DNA of 64,000 bases, from positions 32,001 through 96,000 of IMG/VR virus record IMGVR_UViG_3300034524_000090; one strand, 5' to 3'. The notes beneath the pieces are model-generated. The model had not been told where the DNA came from, did no database searches, and saw nothing but the letters and a program-made list of their open reading frames with translations. The translations under genes were made by a program, and so were the position numbers. The stretch is from a virus. Positions 20,756 to 30,428 of this stretch are shown in pieces; the stretch's first letter is position 1; each line of letters opens with the position of its first letter.

Positions 20756-21262
20756 TTGGCTTTTAAATCTAAAAAAATGGCAAGTAAGAAAGGTTACAGT
20801 AAGTCTTTTTCTAGTTCTAAGGATAAAAACAGTTATAAAAAAGTACGTTTAACTGTTTCAGCACTTAACCAATGCGAATTTCAAGGCAATGTTACTGATG
20901 TAAAATATTCTAAGTCGCAAAATGGCCCTATGTTTTCTGGTCGTCTTTTGTTAGATCGTAATAAGTTTGTGTTTGTAAGGGCTTTTGAAGATGAAGCTAG
21001 AGAACTATATAAAGCTAAAGTGAAAGACGGAGATCCCTTGCATGTTATAGCCGAATATAGTCCATTCAGAACACAGGAAGGCAATTATCTTTATCAGTTT
21101 GTAATTCGTGAAATTTTGGATGTGGAAAACAAAAAAAAGGCGAAGAAAAACGTAGATGATTTTGATGATGAGGGTTATGAAGAAGATAGTGATGAAGAAA
21201 TAGAGGATGATGAAGAAGAATTTGAAGACGAAGAAGAGGAGGATGATGATCTATGGAGTTAA
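20756..21262 (+). CDS. Single-stranded DNA-binding protein
   Basis: OB-fold-like 'NQCEFQGNV' core, long acidic tail ending in an aromatic residue (DDDLWS). Confidence 0.75.
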   Translation: MAFKSKKMASKKGYSKSFSSSKDKNSYKKVRLTVSALNQCEFQGNVTDVKYSKSQNGPMFSGRLLLDRNKFVFVRAFEDEARELYKAKVKDGDPLHVIAEYSPFRTQEGNYLYQFVIREILDVENKKKAKKNVDDFDDEGYEEDSDEEIEDDEEEFEDEEEEDDDLWS

Positions 21263-21510
21263 AAAACTATGCTTTAGTTTTGCATTTTGACAATCAACAG
21301 GAATACAATGTAATGTTTCAAGCACCAGCACTAGAAAATAATCAGATCGATAATATTCTTAATGCGGTTGTCAGAGGTAGCACTAATATTCAAGGTATTG
21401 TTGTTAATCCACAACGGATTTTGTTTGCTCGTATTATGGAAATTCCTAATAAAACCCAGGAGGCAAATGTAGTAGTTGAGGAAGGAAATAAAGAGGATAT
21501 AAAGGGTTGA
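21253..21510 (+). CDS. Hypothetical protein
   Basis: GGAGG RBS inside ssb; overlapping ORF. Confidence 0.6.
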   Translation: MELKNYALVLHFDNQQEYNVMFQAPALENNQIDNILNAVVRGSTNIQGIVVNPQRILFARIMEIPNKTQEANVVVEEGNKEDIKG

Positions 21511-21514
21511 TGCT

Positions 21515-22876
21515 ATGTCTGTAGCCTTAGAGCAATTTGTTGTTACCAATGAATCTCCTTATAGCTTTAATGTTAGCCAAATTATTGATCCAGCAACATT
21601 TAATCCAGATAAATGGCTTCCTATTTCTTTAAATTTATTAGGTGCTGATTTTAATTTATCTGTTGTTAATGCTTATAGGGCTGTTGAAACACCTTTAATA
21701 AAAGTTATGACTAAATTGGGTTATTCTGTACTTTTGTCACCAGAACAATCTATAGGTAGTTTAATTTCTACGCCTGCTTTTGTTTGGCGTAAAGCAAAAG
21801 AGTTAATGTGCGGACAATGGCTAATAGTTCAGTTAGGGGGTGGGTCAGGTATAGAAAATACCTGGCCCACAAAAAGAAACACGGTATTAGATATTGATCC
21901 TCCTGATGAAGAATGTAAAATACTCTGGCAGGATTATCCTACAATTTTAACTGTCGAACTTGCTGAATGGCTAGGTTATTTTATGGCTGATGGCTTTATA
22001 ATACGCCAGGAAGATAGCGATCTAGTAGGATTTATTATAGATCTTGCTGATGATGGGCGTATTGAGACACATCTTTTAGGATTAACATATAAGCTTTTTA
22101 AGTTAGGTTCTCCTATTGAAGCAAAAGATGAGCTTATTGGACATGGCATCTATCATGGTCAACGTAGAGCTATTTATTGGCCTACTGCGGGTTTAGGTAA
22201 ATGGTTAGTATTACTGTTAGGTGAAAATCTAAGTCAAATTCCAGTTTGTATTCTTAGGGGTGGTATTGATTATATTCGTGCTTTTTTAAGAGGATTATTT
22301 ACTGCTAAATGTGAACCTGCCTTGGTAAAAGGCATAAGGATTTTTAGTAAGGATTTAAAATTCCTGCAACATATTCAGTCTGTTTTAGCGAGTTTAGGTA
22401 TTATTGCTAGTATCCATACTGGCGTTACCAGACAGGTTCCAACTAATCGAGAATATATTTATTATTTATCAGTAGTCTCAATTAAAAGCAAAAATATTTT
22501 TGCTGATACTATAGGTTTTTTCGATTCTCGCCAGCAGGATAGATTAAAAGAATTACAAAAAAATGGATGGAATAATGATTTTATTGATGTGATTCCATAT
22601 GAAGTTATTGAGACTACTGAACGCACAGTCGATAATAGCATTATTGTTCGTGCTAACGCTAGATCCAAGGTATCAAGCATTTTAGATAAGCACAAAATCA
22701 ATATTATCAATAAATATGCTATTCTGGAGGTGTTAAAACGCAATCAATTTTATGATCAAATAATCTATATAGAGCATTTAAAGTCTAATAATCTTGGATT
22801 AGAGTTTAATTTAGAGCATGGCGATAATATTTTAGTAAATAATTTTATTATACAAATGCCAAATTCAGAAATCTAA
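21515..22876 (+). CDS. Free-standing intein-derived protein (Hint + LAGLIDADG) with degenerate catalytic motifs
   Basis: Block A-like SVALEQFVVT, block B-like KVMTKLGYSVLLSPEQ, WRKAKEL..G, LGYFMADG, FLRGLFTAK, IQSVLASLGI, C-terminal DNILVNNFII lacking HN. Confidence 0.8.
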   Translation: MSVALEQFVVTNESPYSFNVSQIIDPATFNPDKWLPISLNLLGADFNLSVVNAYRAVETPLIKVMTKLGYSVLLSPEQSIGSLISTPAFVWRKAKELMCGQWLIVQLGGGSGIENTWPTKRNTVLDIDPPDEECKILWQDYPTILTVELAEWLGYFMADGFIIRQEDSDLVGFIIDLADDGRIETHLLGLTYKLFKLGSPIEAKDELIGHGIYHGQRRAIYWPTAGLGKWLVLLLGENLSQIPVCILRGGIDYIRAFLRGLFTAKCEPALVKGIRIFSKDLKFLQHIQSVLASLGIIASIHTGVTRQVPTNREYIYYLSVVSIKSKNIFADTIGFFDSRQQDRLKELQKNGWNNDFIDVIPYEVIETTERTVDNSIIVRANARSKVSSILDKHKINIINKYAILEVLKRNQFYDQIIYIEHLKSNNLGLEFNLEHGDNILVNNFIIQMPNSEI

Positions 22877-22886
22877 AGGAGAGGCA

Positions 22887-23348
22887 ATGCAAAAACTAGG
22901 TAGGATATTTTGGGCCAGTATAGTTTTTATATGTATTATAGTTATTTATCCCAAGCCTATTGAGGTAGAAGTTTTAGCATCAAAATTTCATTATACTTCT
23001 AGTGTTTCTCGTGCAGGAGATAAAATTAACAACCATAATAAAACAATCGAAGTTATTGCAACAGCTTATACTCAGTCAAAAAAAGAAGGCACTTTTGATG
23101 GTATAACATATACGGGACATAAAGTTAGGCGTGGTGTGGTAGCTGTAGATCCTAAAGTTATTCCTTTAGGATCTAAGCTTTGGATTGAGGGGTATGGCTA
23201 TGGCGAAGCCCTGGATACTGGTGGAGCCATAAAAGGTTATCGAATTGATCTTTTTATGGAGTCTAAAAAAGAGGCCCTTCAGTGGGGCCGTAAAAAAGTT
23301 AAAGCAATTATTTTAGAAACTGGAGGAATGTCTAATGGAAGTATTTGA
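22887..23348 (+). CDS. 3D-domain (MltA-like) cell-wall protein with N-terminal membrane anchor
   Basis: 'ATAY...VAVDPKVIPLGS...ALDTGGAIKG.RIDLF...WGR'. Confidence 0.92.
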   Translation: MQKLGRIFWASIVFICIIVIYPKPIEVEVLASKFHYTSSVSRAGDKINNHNKTIEVIATAYTQSKKEGTFDGITYTGHKVRRGVVAVDPKVIPLGSKLWIEGYGYGEALDTGGAIKGYRIDLFMESKKEALQWGRKKVKAIILETGGMSNGSI

Positions 23349-24441
23349 ACACTGGTATTCATTAAAAAATTATCTTACCACACAAGCTGAAAAAAAAGAA
23401 CCTAAATTGGATGGTTATTTTTTAGGATGTCAACCTTCTGCTCCTGATAAGCGTACTTACCAATTTAGCGTTTTAGCTCAATCTGTTTTACAAGTTCCAA
23501 CAGAATTGCCTGAGAGCTTTACTTCTGAAAATAATTTGCCTGATTGTTTTGAGCAGGGTAGGCGAGGAAGCTGTACTGCAAGCGCTCTTGTCTGGACAGT
23601 AAAGGCTTACCAAGAAGTTTCACAAGCTGATTGGCCCAGTAAAGGCTTATCAGTAGCTTATCTTTATGCTGAAGAGAAGAAAATCGATGGTATGCCTGAT
23701 CAGGAAGGTTCTACTATTTTTGCAGGTTTGAAAGTTTTACAGAAAAAGGGTGTTTGTCTAGAAACTACTCTCTCCTATTCTTCTCTTTTAAATTTGCCAG
23801 CCCCAAAAGTTCCTGCTACTAATGAGGTTATGGATCGGGAGGCTGTAAAATATAAAATCGGAAATTATGCCCAGATATGTGCTTCTAATGATAAAGAACG
23901 CAATGAAAATACAATAAAATTAATTAAACAAGGTATTTATGCTAATGGTGCTGTTGTTGTTGCTGTTGTAGTTGCCGAGAATTTTAACAACTATGACAAA
24001 AACTATATTATACCTTTACCTGAAGGTTATTTATTGGGTTTACATGCGGTTGGCCTTGTAGGATGGGATGATAAAAAACAGGCGTTTAGACTGCGTAATA
24101 GTTGGGGTAAATGGGGAGATAAAGGTTATGCTTGGTTACCTTATGACTTTGTTACTAAGGGTATGGATATTGACGGATATGGTCATATAATGTGGTATCT
24201 TCTAGAAGCTTGGACAGCATTAGATGAAATTGTTATCGATGATGCCAAAGAAATTAAACTTATTCCATATAATACTCGTGCCGTAGTTGATGGAGTTGAA
24301 TATTATGTTGATCAACCACCTATTATTGATCCTACTACGAATAGAACACTTGTACCGATACGGTTTGTCAGTAACCATATGGGCCGTATTGTAAGCTGGA
24401 ATGAAGCTACTAACGAGATTATAATTAAAAAACTTAATTAA
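23335..24441 (+). CDS. Papain-family (C1) cysteine peptidase with C-terminal copper-amine-oxidase-N-like domain
   Basis: QGRRGSCTA (Cys), HAVGLVGW (His), RNSWG (Asn); 'RTLVPIRFVS..G..VSW'. Confidence 0.88.
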   Translation: MEVFEHWYSLKNYLTTQAEKKEPKLDGYFLGCQPSAPDKRTYQFSVLAQSVLQVPTELPESFTSENNLPDCFEQGRRGSCTASALVWTVKAYQEVSQADWPSKGLSVAYLYAEEKKIDGMPDQEGSTIFAGLKVLQKKGVCLETTLSYSSLLNLPAPKVPATNEVMDREAVKYKIGNYAQICASNDKERNENTIKLIKQGIYANGAVVVAVVVAENFNNYDKNYIIPLPEGYLLGLHAVGLVGWDDKKQAFRLRNSWGKWGDKGYAWLPYDFVTKGMDIDGYGHIMWYLLEAWTALDEIVIDDAKEIKLIPYNTRAVVDGVEYYVDQPPIIDPTTNRTLVPIRFVSNHMGRIVSWNEATNEIIIKKLN

Positions 24442-24465
24442 GATTAAGTTATAGGTATTACTGGT

Positions 24466-24494
24466 GGCGGGTAGGTAATACCTACCCGCCTTTT
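24466..24494 (+). terminator. Intrinsic terminator
   Basis: ggcgggtagg-taata-cctacccgcc-tttt. Confidence 0.85.
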
Positions 24495-24515
24495 AAATAT
24501 AAAGGAGGAGGCTTT

Positions 24516-27500
24516 ATGGATTCTAACGTCTTAGATCTGCTACAAAGGCGTTATTTTCTAAAAGATGAAAATGGTAATCTTATAGAAAATTCTTGGGAAG
24601 AACTTTGCGCTAGAGTTGCCGAAAATATTGCCAGCGCAGAGACTTCTCTTGAAAATAAAGAGCGATATAAAGATTTGTTTTATAAGGCGTTAGTTAATAT
24701 GGATATGCTAGCTTCCAGTCCAGTATTGTTTAATGCCAATACTCCACTACAGCAATTAAGTAGTTGTTTTGTGGGCGAACAACCAATTTTAACTTCTGAA
24801 GGGTTTAAGCTAATTAAAGATATTAAGGTTGGAGATTTAGTTGTTACCCATCAAGGCAGATTACGTTCAGTTTTAAAGACTTCTAAGCGTTATACCGAAG
24901 AGACATTATATACAATTTCGGTTGATAAAATGTATAAAGATACTTTAAAGGTTACTGGTGATCATCCTATATTAGGGATAAAAAGAAAAGATCTTATATG
25001 TAAGCGTGCCCGTAATTTAATCTGCACAGGTAAATTAAATAAACGTTGTTTATCTCAACCTAAACAATATAAACATGATTGTGAAAGACTAGGTGAGCAA
25101 TTATTACCATATTGGATTAAAGCGGAAGATTTAGAAGTAGGCGATTATGTTGTTGTTGGTACTATAAAGGAAACCAAAGATATTGATTATATTCGGATTA
25201 GTGATTTTATACCTTGTGATGTGTATATTAAAGATGGAGACTTTATTAAAGTTGCAGGACGGCCAAATTATGGTAAAGAAATTCCAGATAAAATACAGAT
25301 TGATGAAGATTTTATGTATATTGTTGGCTTATATCTTGGCGATGGTAGTGTAGTTCATAAAGATTATAATGTATCAAGTTGTGTAGGCTTTAGTATTAAT
25401 TCTAATAGGAATGATGTAGTTGATAAAATATGTGATTGTATGTATAGGGTATTTAATCTTAAACCCAATATTCATAATTATCCTGAACAGAATACTATCC
25501 AGGTCAGGTATCATTCCTTAATACTTGGATTATTTTTTGAACAATTATTGGGTTCTTTTTGTGATAAAAAAAGAATTCCTGATTGGATTTTATATTTACC
25601 CGAATCTAAACTAAAAAGTTTATTGGAAGGAATTATGGATAGCGATGGTTATCATTATAAAAATGATGTTTATATTGTCATGTGTAATCGTGACATTATA
25701 GAAAAGTTGTGGCTTATTTTGTTGCGTTTAGGGATATTGGCTAATATAAAAGAATTACCTATTCCTAAAGGTGGCAACAAGACTCCTTACTTGCTTAATT
25801 ATAAAGTAAGTCATAATTCTCAACATATTAAACTTGATGATTATGTACTTTTTAGGGTTAATGATATATCTACAGATATTATATCTGACTATGTTTATAA
25901 CCTTGAAGTAGAAGAAGATAACACATATGTTGCCAATGGGATTGTTGTGCATAATTGTTTTATTATAGATATAGATGACAATATGGAAAGTATAGCAGAG
26001 GCATGGAAAGAAGCGAGTCTAATCTTTAAATCGGGCGGGGGTGTAGGTTTTAACATTAGTTCTTTAAGGCCCAAAGGGGCTTTGGTTAAATCTTCTAATG
26101 GCGAAGCATCAGGCCCTATATCGTTTATGAAGGTATTTAATACTATCGTTGAACAAGTTAAACAGGGTGGTCGTCGAAAAGGTGCAATTAAAGTTGATCT
26201 TAATGTTGAACATCCTGATATAATTGATTTTATCCATTGTAAAGATAATACTTCTGAACTTAATAATATGAATATATCGGTTTCCATTTCTGATGCTTTT
26301 ATGGAAGCTGTTAAAAATAACAAAGATTGGCCTTTAGTGTTTAATAATAAAGTATATAAAGTAGTAAAGGCCCGTGATCTTTGGGATGAAATTATTAAGT
26401 CGGCCTGGGCTACTGGCGAACCTGGATTATCTTTTAGGGATACAATGGATAGGGCTAATCCTAATCCACATTTGGGGCATGTGTGGGCCACAAATCCCTG
26501 CAGTGAGTTTGTTAATATCCCTTATTCAAGTTGTCTAACTGGAGATACTAAAGTATTAACATTAGAAGGTGTTCGAGAAATAAAAGATTTAGTAGGTACA
26601 AGTGGTTTTATTTTAAGTGAAAATAATAAGTTTAATAAGTATCAAAATGTAGTATTTAAAGGCGTAAGGCCAGTTTATGAAATTATATTAGAAGGCAATT
26701 TAAAAATACAGGCAACAAAAGATCATAAATTCTTTACTAATAATGGATGGAAGCCTTTAGAGGAAATTAAAAAGGGAATTAAAATTAAAACTAGATCGGG
26801 TTATCCGTTAGTTAGTATAGAAGATTATGATGAAGAATATGAGATGTATGGATGGATGCATGGTGACGGGTGGTTTACAGAAAATAGTGTTGGCATTTCT
26901 TTTAATGGTAAAGATGGAGATTTTGATGTAAAAGAACGGTTGTTGCCGATATTTCGTTCTGTTTTTGAAGCTAATAATATAAAACCATTAAAAGATGATT
27001 TATGTTCTTTTCAACTTCAGATAACCAATAAAAAGGCAATAAAAAAGTGTGAAGAATTGGGATTTGTTAAAGGTCATGCTGATAGTAAAAGGTTGCCAAT
27101 TAGTTTTTATACTTGGAATATTAAACAACAAATATCGTTTATAAGAGGTTTGTTTACGGCTGATGGGTATATTGGCAAGGGGAAAAATAGGGGTATTATT
27201 TTATGTTCTACTAGTCTTGTTTTACTTGAAGAAGTTCAAAAGTTTTTAGCATCTATTGGTATTCAAAGTAGAATTACTACGGCCTCATTTAAAACTTGTA
27301 AGAGGAAAGATCAGCATAAATTGATAATTAATAAAGAATCATCTTATATATTTTATAATGTTATTGGATTTTCTGGTACAGCAAAAAGAAATAAATTTAG
27401 TAATGAAGTTGTCTCGAAAATATATAAAGACAAAGACTTTTTAGAGGTTATCGATATTAGATATGTTGGCAATAAAAGTGTTTTTGATATTATAGAAGTT

Positions 27501-28916
27501 GAACAAACTAATAGTTTTTATGCCAATGGTTTATTAGTTCATAACTGTAACTTAGCCTCAATTAATCTTGAAAATATGGTTGAAAATGGTGAACTTAATT
27601 GGGAAAAGGTTGAATATTATACAAGACTAACGGTACGCTTTTTGGATGATATGATTGATGTTAATAAATTACCATTGAAAAAGATTGAAGAAGTTACTAA
27701 ACTTATTCGGCCTATAGGTTTGGGTACTATGGGCTATGCCAATATGTTATATAAGTTAGGCATCCCTTATGGCTCCCAAGAAGCTGAAAATCTAACAAAA
27801 TTACTCTATGAATTTATCTATGAGACAGCTCTAGATGAATCTCAAAAGTTGGCTGAAGAAAGAGGTGTTTATCCTGGTTGGAAAGGCTCAGTATGGGAAC
27901 AAAAAGGCATTAAAGTACGTAATGCTAATTTAATGTCGATAGCTCCTAATGGCTCTATTAGTTTTATTGCCCAAACTACAGGTGGTATTGAGCCTGAATT
28001 TGCTTTAGTTTATCAACGAACTACTAACGAAGGGGTTAAATATTTTGTTTGTAATAAGGTCTTTAAGAAGGTATTACAGGAAAATGGTTTGTATTCTGAA
28101 GAACTTTTAAAAGAAATTTTTGAAGCAGGAGGATCAATACAGGAACTAGATTTGCCTCAACAATTAAAAGATATTTTTGTTGTAGCTCATGATCTTGATC
28201 CTTATAAACATCTAAAGACATTGGCTGTAGTACAGAGATATGTCGATATGGCTTGTTCGAAAACTATAAATCTACCCTCCTCTGCTACACCTGACGTGGT
28301 AGGAGCTATTTATATGAAAGCCTGGGAATTGGGCATTAAAGGGGTTACTGTATATAGAGATGGTTGTAGACCCAATCAGGTTTTAGCTACTGGTGCAACT
28401 ACTAAGGTTGAACAAGAAAAAGGTCAGGATAATAATAGTCGTGGTTACATTATTCCTGCTAAACAAAAAGCCAAAGGAATTAGAACTAAACTTTCTACAG
28501 GTTGCGGTTCTTTGTGGCTTTCTGCTTTTGCTGATGAAGATGGTAATATAATTGAAGTGTTTACAGATATTGGCCGTGGTAATTGTATTAGTAACACACA
28601 GGCACTTTCCAGAATGATTAGTCTTGCTTTGAGAGGAGGGATTAAATTAGAAGATATTATTGAGCAGTTACAAAGCGCTTGCACCTGTCCAAGTTATGCT
28701 GTTGCCAAAGCTACAGGTAAAGGAGTTTCTCCTGGCAAGTCTTGTCCTTCTGCTATTGCTGTTGCTTTAAAAGAATTACAAAAAGAATTTAAGCCCAATA
28801 TTGAAAAAGAAACTAAAGTTGTTGTTAAAACTTTATGTCCTCAATGTGGTAATGAATTAGTGTCACAGAGCGGATGTTGGCAATGTAATAACTGTGGTTA
28901 TAGTAAATGTGGTTAA
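24516..28916 (+). CDS. nrdJ: Class II (B12-dependent) ribonucleotide reductase with two inteins and C-terminal TSCPD/zinc ribbon
   Basis: SGGGVG, QGGRRKGA, TNPCSE thiyl motif, CNLASINL, SIAPNGSIS, KGVTVYRDG, KSCP, terminal CxxC pairs; no small subunit nearby; 731 aa after removing inteins. Confidence 0.92.
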   Translation: MDSNVLDLLQRRYFLKDENGNLIENSWEELCARVAENIASAETSLENKERYKDLFYKALVNMDMLASSPVLFNANTPLQQLSSCFVGEQPILTSEGFKLIKDIKVGDLVVTHQGRLRSVLKTSKRYTEETLYTISVDKMYKDTLKVTGDHPILGIKRKDLICKRARNLICTGKLNKRCLSQPKQYKHDCERLGEQLLPYWIKAEDLEVGDYVVVGTIKETKDIDYIRISDFIPCDVYIKDGDFIKVAGRPNYGKEIPDKIQIDEDFMYIVGLYLGDGSVVHKDYNVSSCVGFSINSNRNDVVDKICDCMYRVFNLKPNIHNYPEQNTIQVRYHSLILGLFFEQLLGSFCDKKRIPDWILYLPESKLKSLLEGIMDSDGYHYKNDVYIVMCNRDIIEKLWLILLRLGILANIKELPIPKGGNKTPYLLNYKVSHNSQHIKLDDYVLFRVNDISTDIISDYVYNLEVEEDNTYVANGIVVHNCFIIDIDDNMESIAEAWKEASLIFKSGGGVGFNISSLRPKGALVKSSNGEASGPISFMKVFNTIVEQVKQGGRRKGAIKVDLNVEHPDIIDFIHCKDNTSELNNMNISVSISDAFMEAVKNNKDWPLVFNNKVYKVVKARDLWDEIIKSAWATGEPGLSFRDTMDRANPNPHLGHVWATNPCSEFVNIPYSSCLTGDTKVLTLEGVREIKDLVGTSGFILSENNKFNKYQNVVFKGVRPVYEIILEGNLKIQATKDHKFFTNNGWKPLEEIKKGIKIKTRSGYPLVSIEDYDEEYEMYGWMHGDGWFTENSVGISFNGKDGDFDVKERLLPIFRSVFEANNIKPLKDDLCSFQLQITNKKAIKKCEELGFVKGHADSKRLPISFYTWNIKQQISFIRGLFTADGYIGKGKNRGIILCSTSLVLLEEVQKFLASIGIQSRITTASFKTCKRKDQHKLIINKESSYIFYNVIGFSGTAKRNKFSNEVVSKIYKDKDFLEVIDIRYVGNKSVFDIIEVEQTNSFYANGLLVHNCNLASINLENMVENGELNWEKVEYYTRLTVRFLDDMIDVNKLPLKKIEEVTKLIRPIGLGTMGYANMLYKLGIPYGSQEAENLTKLLYEFIYETALDESQKLAEERGVYPGWKGSVWEQKGIKVRNANLMSIAPNGSISFIAQTTGGIEPEFALVYQRTTNEGVKYFVCNKVFKKVLQENGLYSEELLKEIFEAGGSIQELDLPQQLKDIFVVAHDLDPYKHLKTLAVVQRYVDMACSKTINLPSSATPDVVGAIYMKAWELGIKGVTVYRDGCRPNQVLATGATTKVEQEKGQDNNSRGYIIPAKQKAKGIRTKLSTGCGSLWLSAFADEDGNIIEVFTDIGRGNCISNTQALSRMISLALRGGIKLEDIIEQLQSACTCPSYAVAKATGKGVSPGKSCPSAIAVALKELQKEFKPNIEKETKVVVKTLCPQCGNELVSQSGCWQCNNCGYSKCG
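24765..25955 (+). mobile_element. Intein 1 (397 aa) with LAGLIDADG endonuclease
   Basis: QLSS|CFVGEQ...VTGDHP...GLYLGDG...EGIMDSDG...YVANGIVVHN|CF. Confidence 0.95.
26532..27545 (+). mobile_element. Intein 2 (338 aa) with LAGLIDADG endonuclease
   Basis: PYSS|CLTGDT...ATKDHKF...GWMHGDG...RGLFTADG...FYANGLLVHN|CNL. Confidence 0.95.
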
Positions 28917-29500
28917 TTAAAAGTTGGGAGGGATTAGGTTTGAGTATTTTTCAAGAAGGTAGATTAGGCATAGGCGTACAACCTTATCACATTAAATGGG
29001 CCAAGGTTAGACCTAATGCAATAATTCCTTCTAAGCGTCCTGGTGATGCTGGTTTTGATGTTTATGCTTGTATAGATGAGGATATTTGGATAGAGCCTGG
29101 GGAAACAGTTCTTGTCTCTACAGGAATTGCTTATGAAATTACTCCAGGCTGGCATCTAATTGCTAAAGAAAGAGGAAGTACGGGCAAAATAGGGTTAAAG
29201 ACTAGTGCGGGCGTAGTAGATGGGAGTTTTAGGGGAGAGATTTTTGCTTGCCTATATAATGCCAATGAAGAAAAGACTATTATACTAAGTGTTAATGAAG
29301 AACAGACTAAAGCTAAACTTCGTGCTGATGGTTTTACAGTTGATGATTATGATGAATTCTTTATTATCTATCCTATTACAAAAGCAATTCAACAATTAAT
29401 TCCCGTATACAGTCCAGATGGCACATGGGAAGAAGTTGACTATGAAAATTTGTCAAAAACTGAACGCGGTGATGGAAAATTAGGTAGTACAGGCAAATAA
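28907..29500 (+). CDS. dut: Trimeric dUTPase
   Basis: AGFDV, RGS, GVVDGSFRGE, QQLI, RGDGKLGSTG motifs; true start may be TTG 28940 after GGGAGG. Confidence 0.92.
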   Translation: MWLIKSWEGLGLSIFQEGRLGIGVQPYHIKWAKVRPNAIIPSKRPGDAGFDVYACIDEDIWIEPGETVLVSTGIAYEITPGWHLIAKERGSTGKIGLKTSAGVVDGSFRGEIFACLYNANEEKTIILSVNEEQTKAKLRADGFTVDDYDEFFIIYPITKAIQQLIPVYSPDGTWEEVDYENLSKTERGDGKLGSTGK

Positions 29501-29503
29501 ATC

Positions 29504-29532
29504 TTGACAAAATAATCTCTAAGTGCTACTAT
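29504..29532 (+). promoter_or_regulatory. sigmaA-type promoter with extended -10
   Basis: TTGACA-17 nt-TACTAT preceded by TGn; palindrome gctacta-taa-tagtagc overlaps the -10. Confidence 0.7.
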
Positions 29533-29538
29533 AATAGT

Positions 29539-29611
29539 AGCTAATTACCCTTGTCATTGTTGTATTCCTCCCTCGAGGCCCTGCTGTTCAGGGCAGGGCC
29601 TACTTTCTTTT
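29539..29611 (+). ncRNA. Candidate small RNA / attenuated leader of about 73 nt
   Basis: Lies between promoter and GC-rich hairpin aggccctgc/gcagggcct + T-rich tail; carries anti-SD TTCCTCCC and a 12-nt match antisense to the start of gene 51268..52590. Confidence 0.5.
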
Positions 29612-29627
29612 AAAATAGGAGGTTAAA

Positions 29628-30428
29628 ATGCAGTTAAATACAGTTTATAATATGGATTGTAGGCAAGGATTTTGGGAATTAGAAAAAGAAAATTTAAAAT
29701 TTGATCTTATTCTGGCTGATCCGCCTTATTTTTTAGACCGCAGTAAGACTATTAAGTTTAAAAATCGTAAAGATATAAACTCTCCTATTGAGTGGGATAC
29801 TTTTACAAGTGAGGATGAATATTTAAAGTGGACTGCCGATTGGCTAAATGAAGCTATTAATCTTCTTTCTCCTACTGGTCAATTAATTTGTTACTGTCGT
29901 GCTGAGTATATAAGCGATATAATTTCAATGATAAAGCAAAAAATAAACCACAAATGTACTATGTACTATGTAAAAACTAATCCTCCCCCTTCGGTGCGTA
30001 AACGTAATTACGTGTCAACGGTGGAGACTCTTCTTTGGTTCGTTAAAAATTCAACAAAATATACGTTTAATTTTCAACGACAACAAGATATGCGTAATGC
30101 TTTTATATTACCAATCCCAGGAGGCAAAGTAAGAAAGCAATATCCTCACCCTACCATGAAACCTTTACAACTTAGTGAGCATCTTATTAAAGTCCATACT
30201 AATGAAAATGATAATATTTTAATTCCGTTTGCTGGTGTTGGTACTGAATGTGTGGCCGCAAAAAGACTAAATAGGAATTTTGTAGGTTTTGAGATTGACC
30301 CTTATTATTATGAATTATGCCTTAAACGGCTTGGTATTAATAATATTGGTATCAATAATAATACGATAGAAAGGGCTGATACCAATGAACGACAAAAAAA
30401 TCCAACTAGGGAGGCATCTGTTGGTTGA
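29628..30428 (+). CDS. Orphan beta-class N6-A/N4-C DNA methyltransferase
   Basis: DPPY precedes HPTMKP and PFAGVGT, then GFEID. Confidence 0.92.
   Translation: MQLNTVYNMDCRQGFWELEKENLKFDLILADPPYFLDRSKTIKFKNRKDINSPIEWDTFTSEDEYLKWTADWLNEAINLLSPTGQLICYCRAEYISDIISMIKQKINHKCTMYYVKTNPPPSVRKRNYVSTVETLLWFVKNSTKYTFNFQRQQDMRNAFILPIPGGKVRKQYPHPTMKPLQLSEHLIKVHTNENDNILIPFAGVGTECVAAKRLNRNFVGFEIDPYYYELCLKRLGINNIGINNNTIERADTNERQKNPTREASVG

Noticed and set aside
21150-21255. GAA/GAT microsatellite
   Set aside because: Simply encodes the acidic SSB tail
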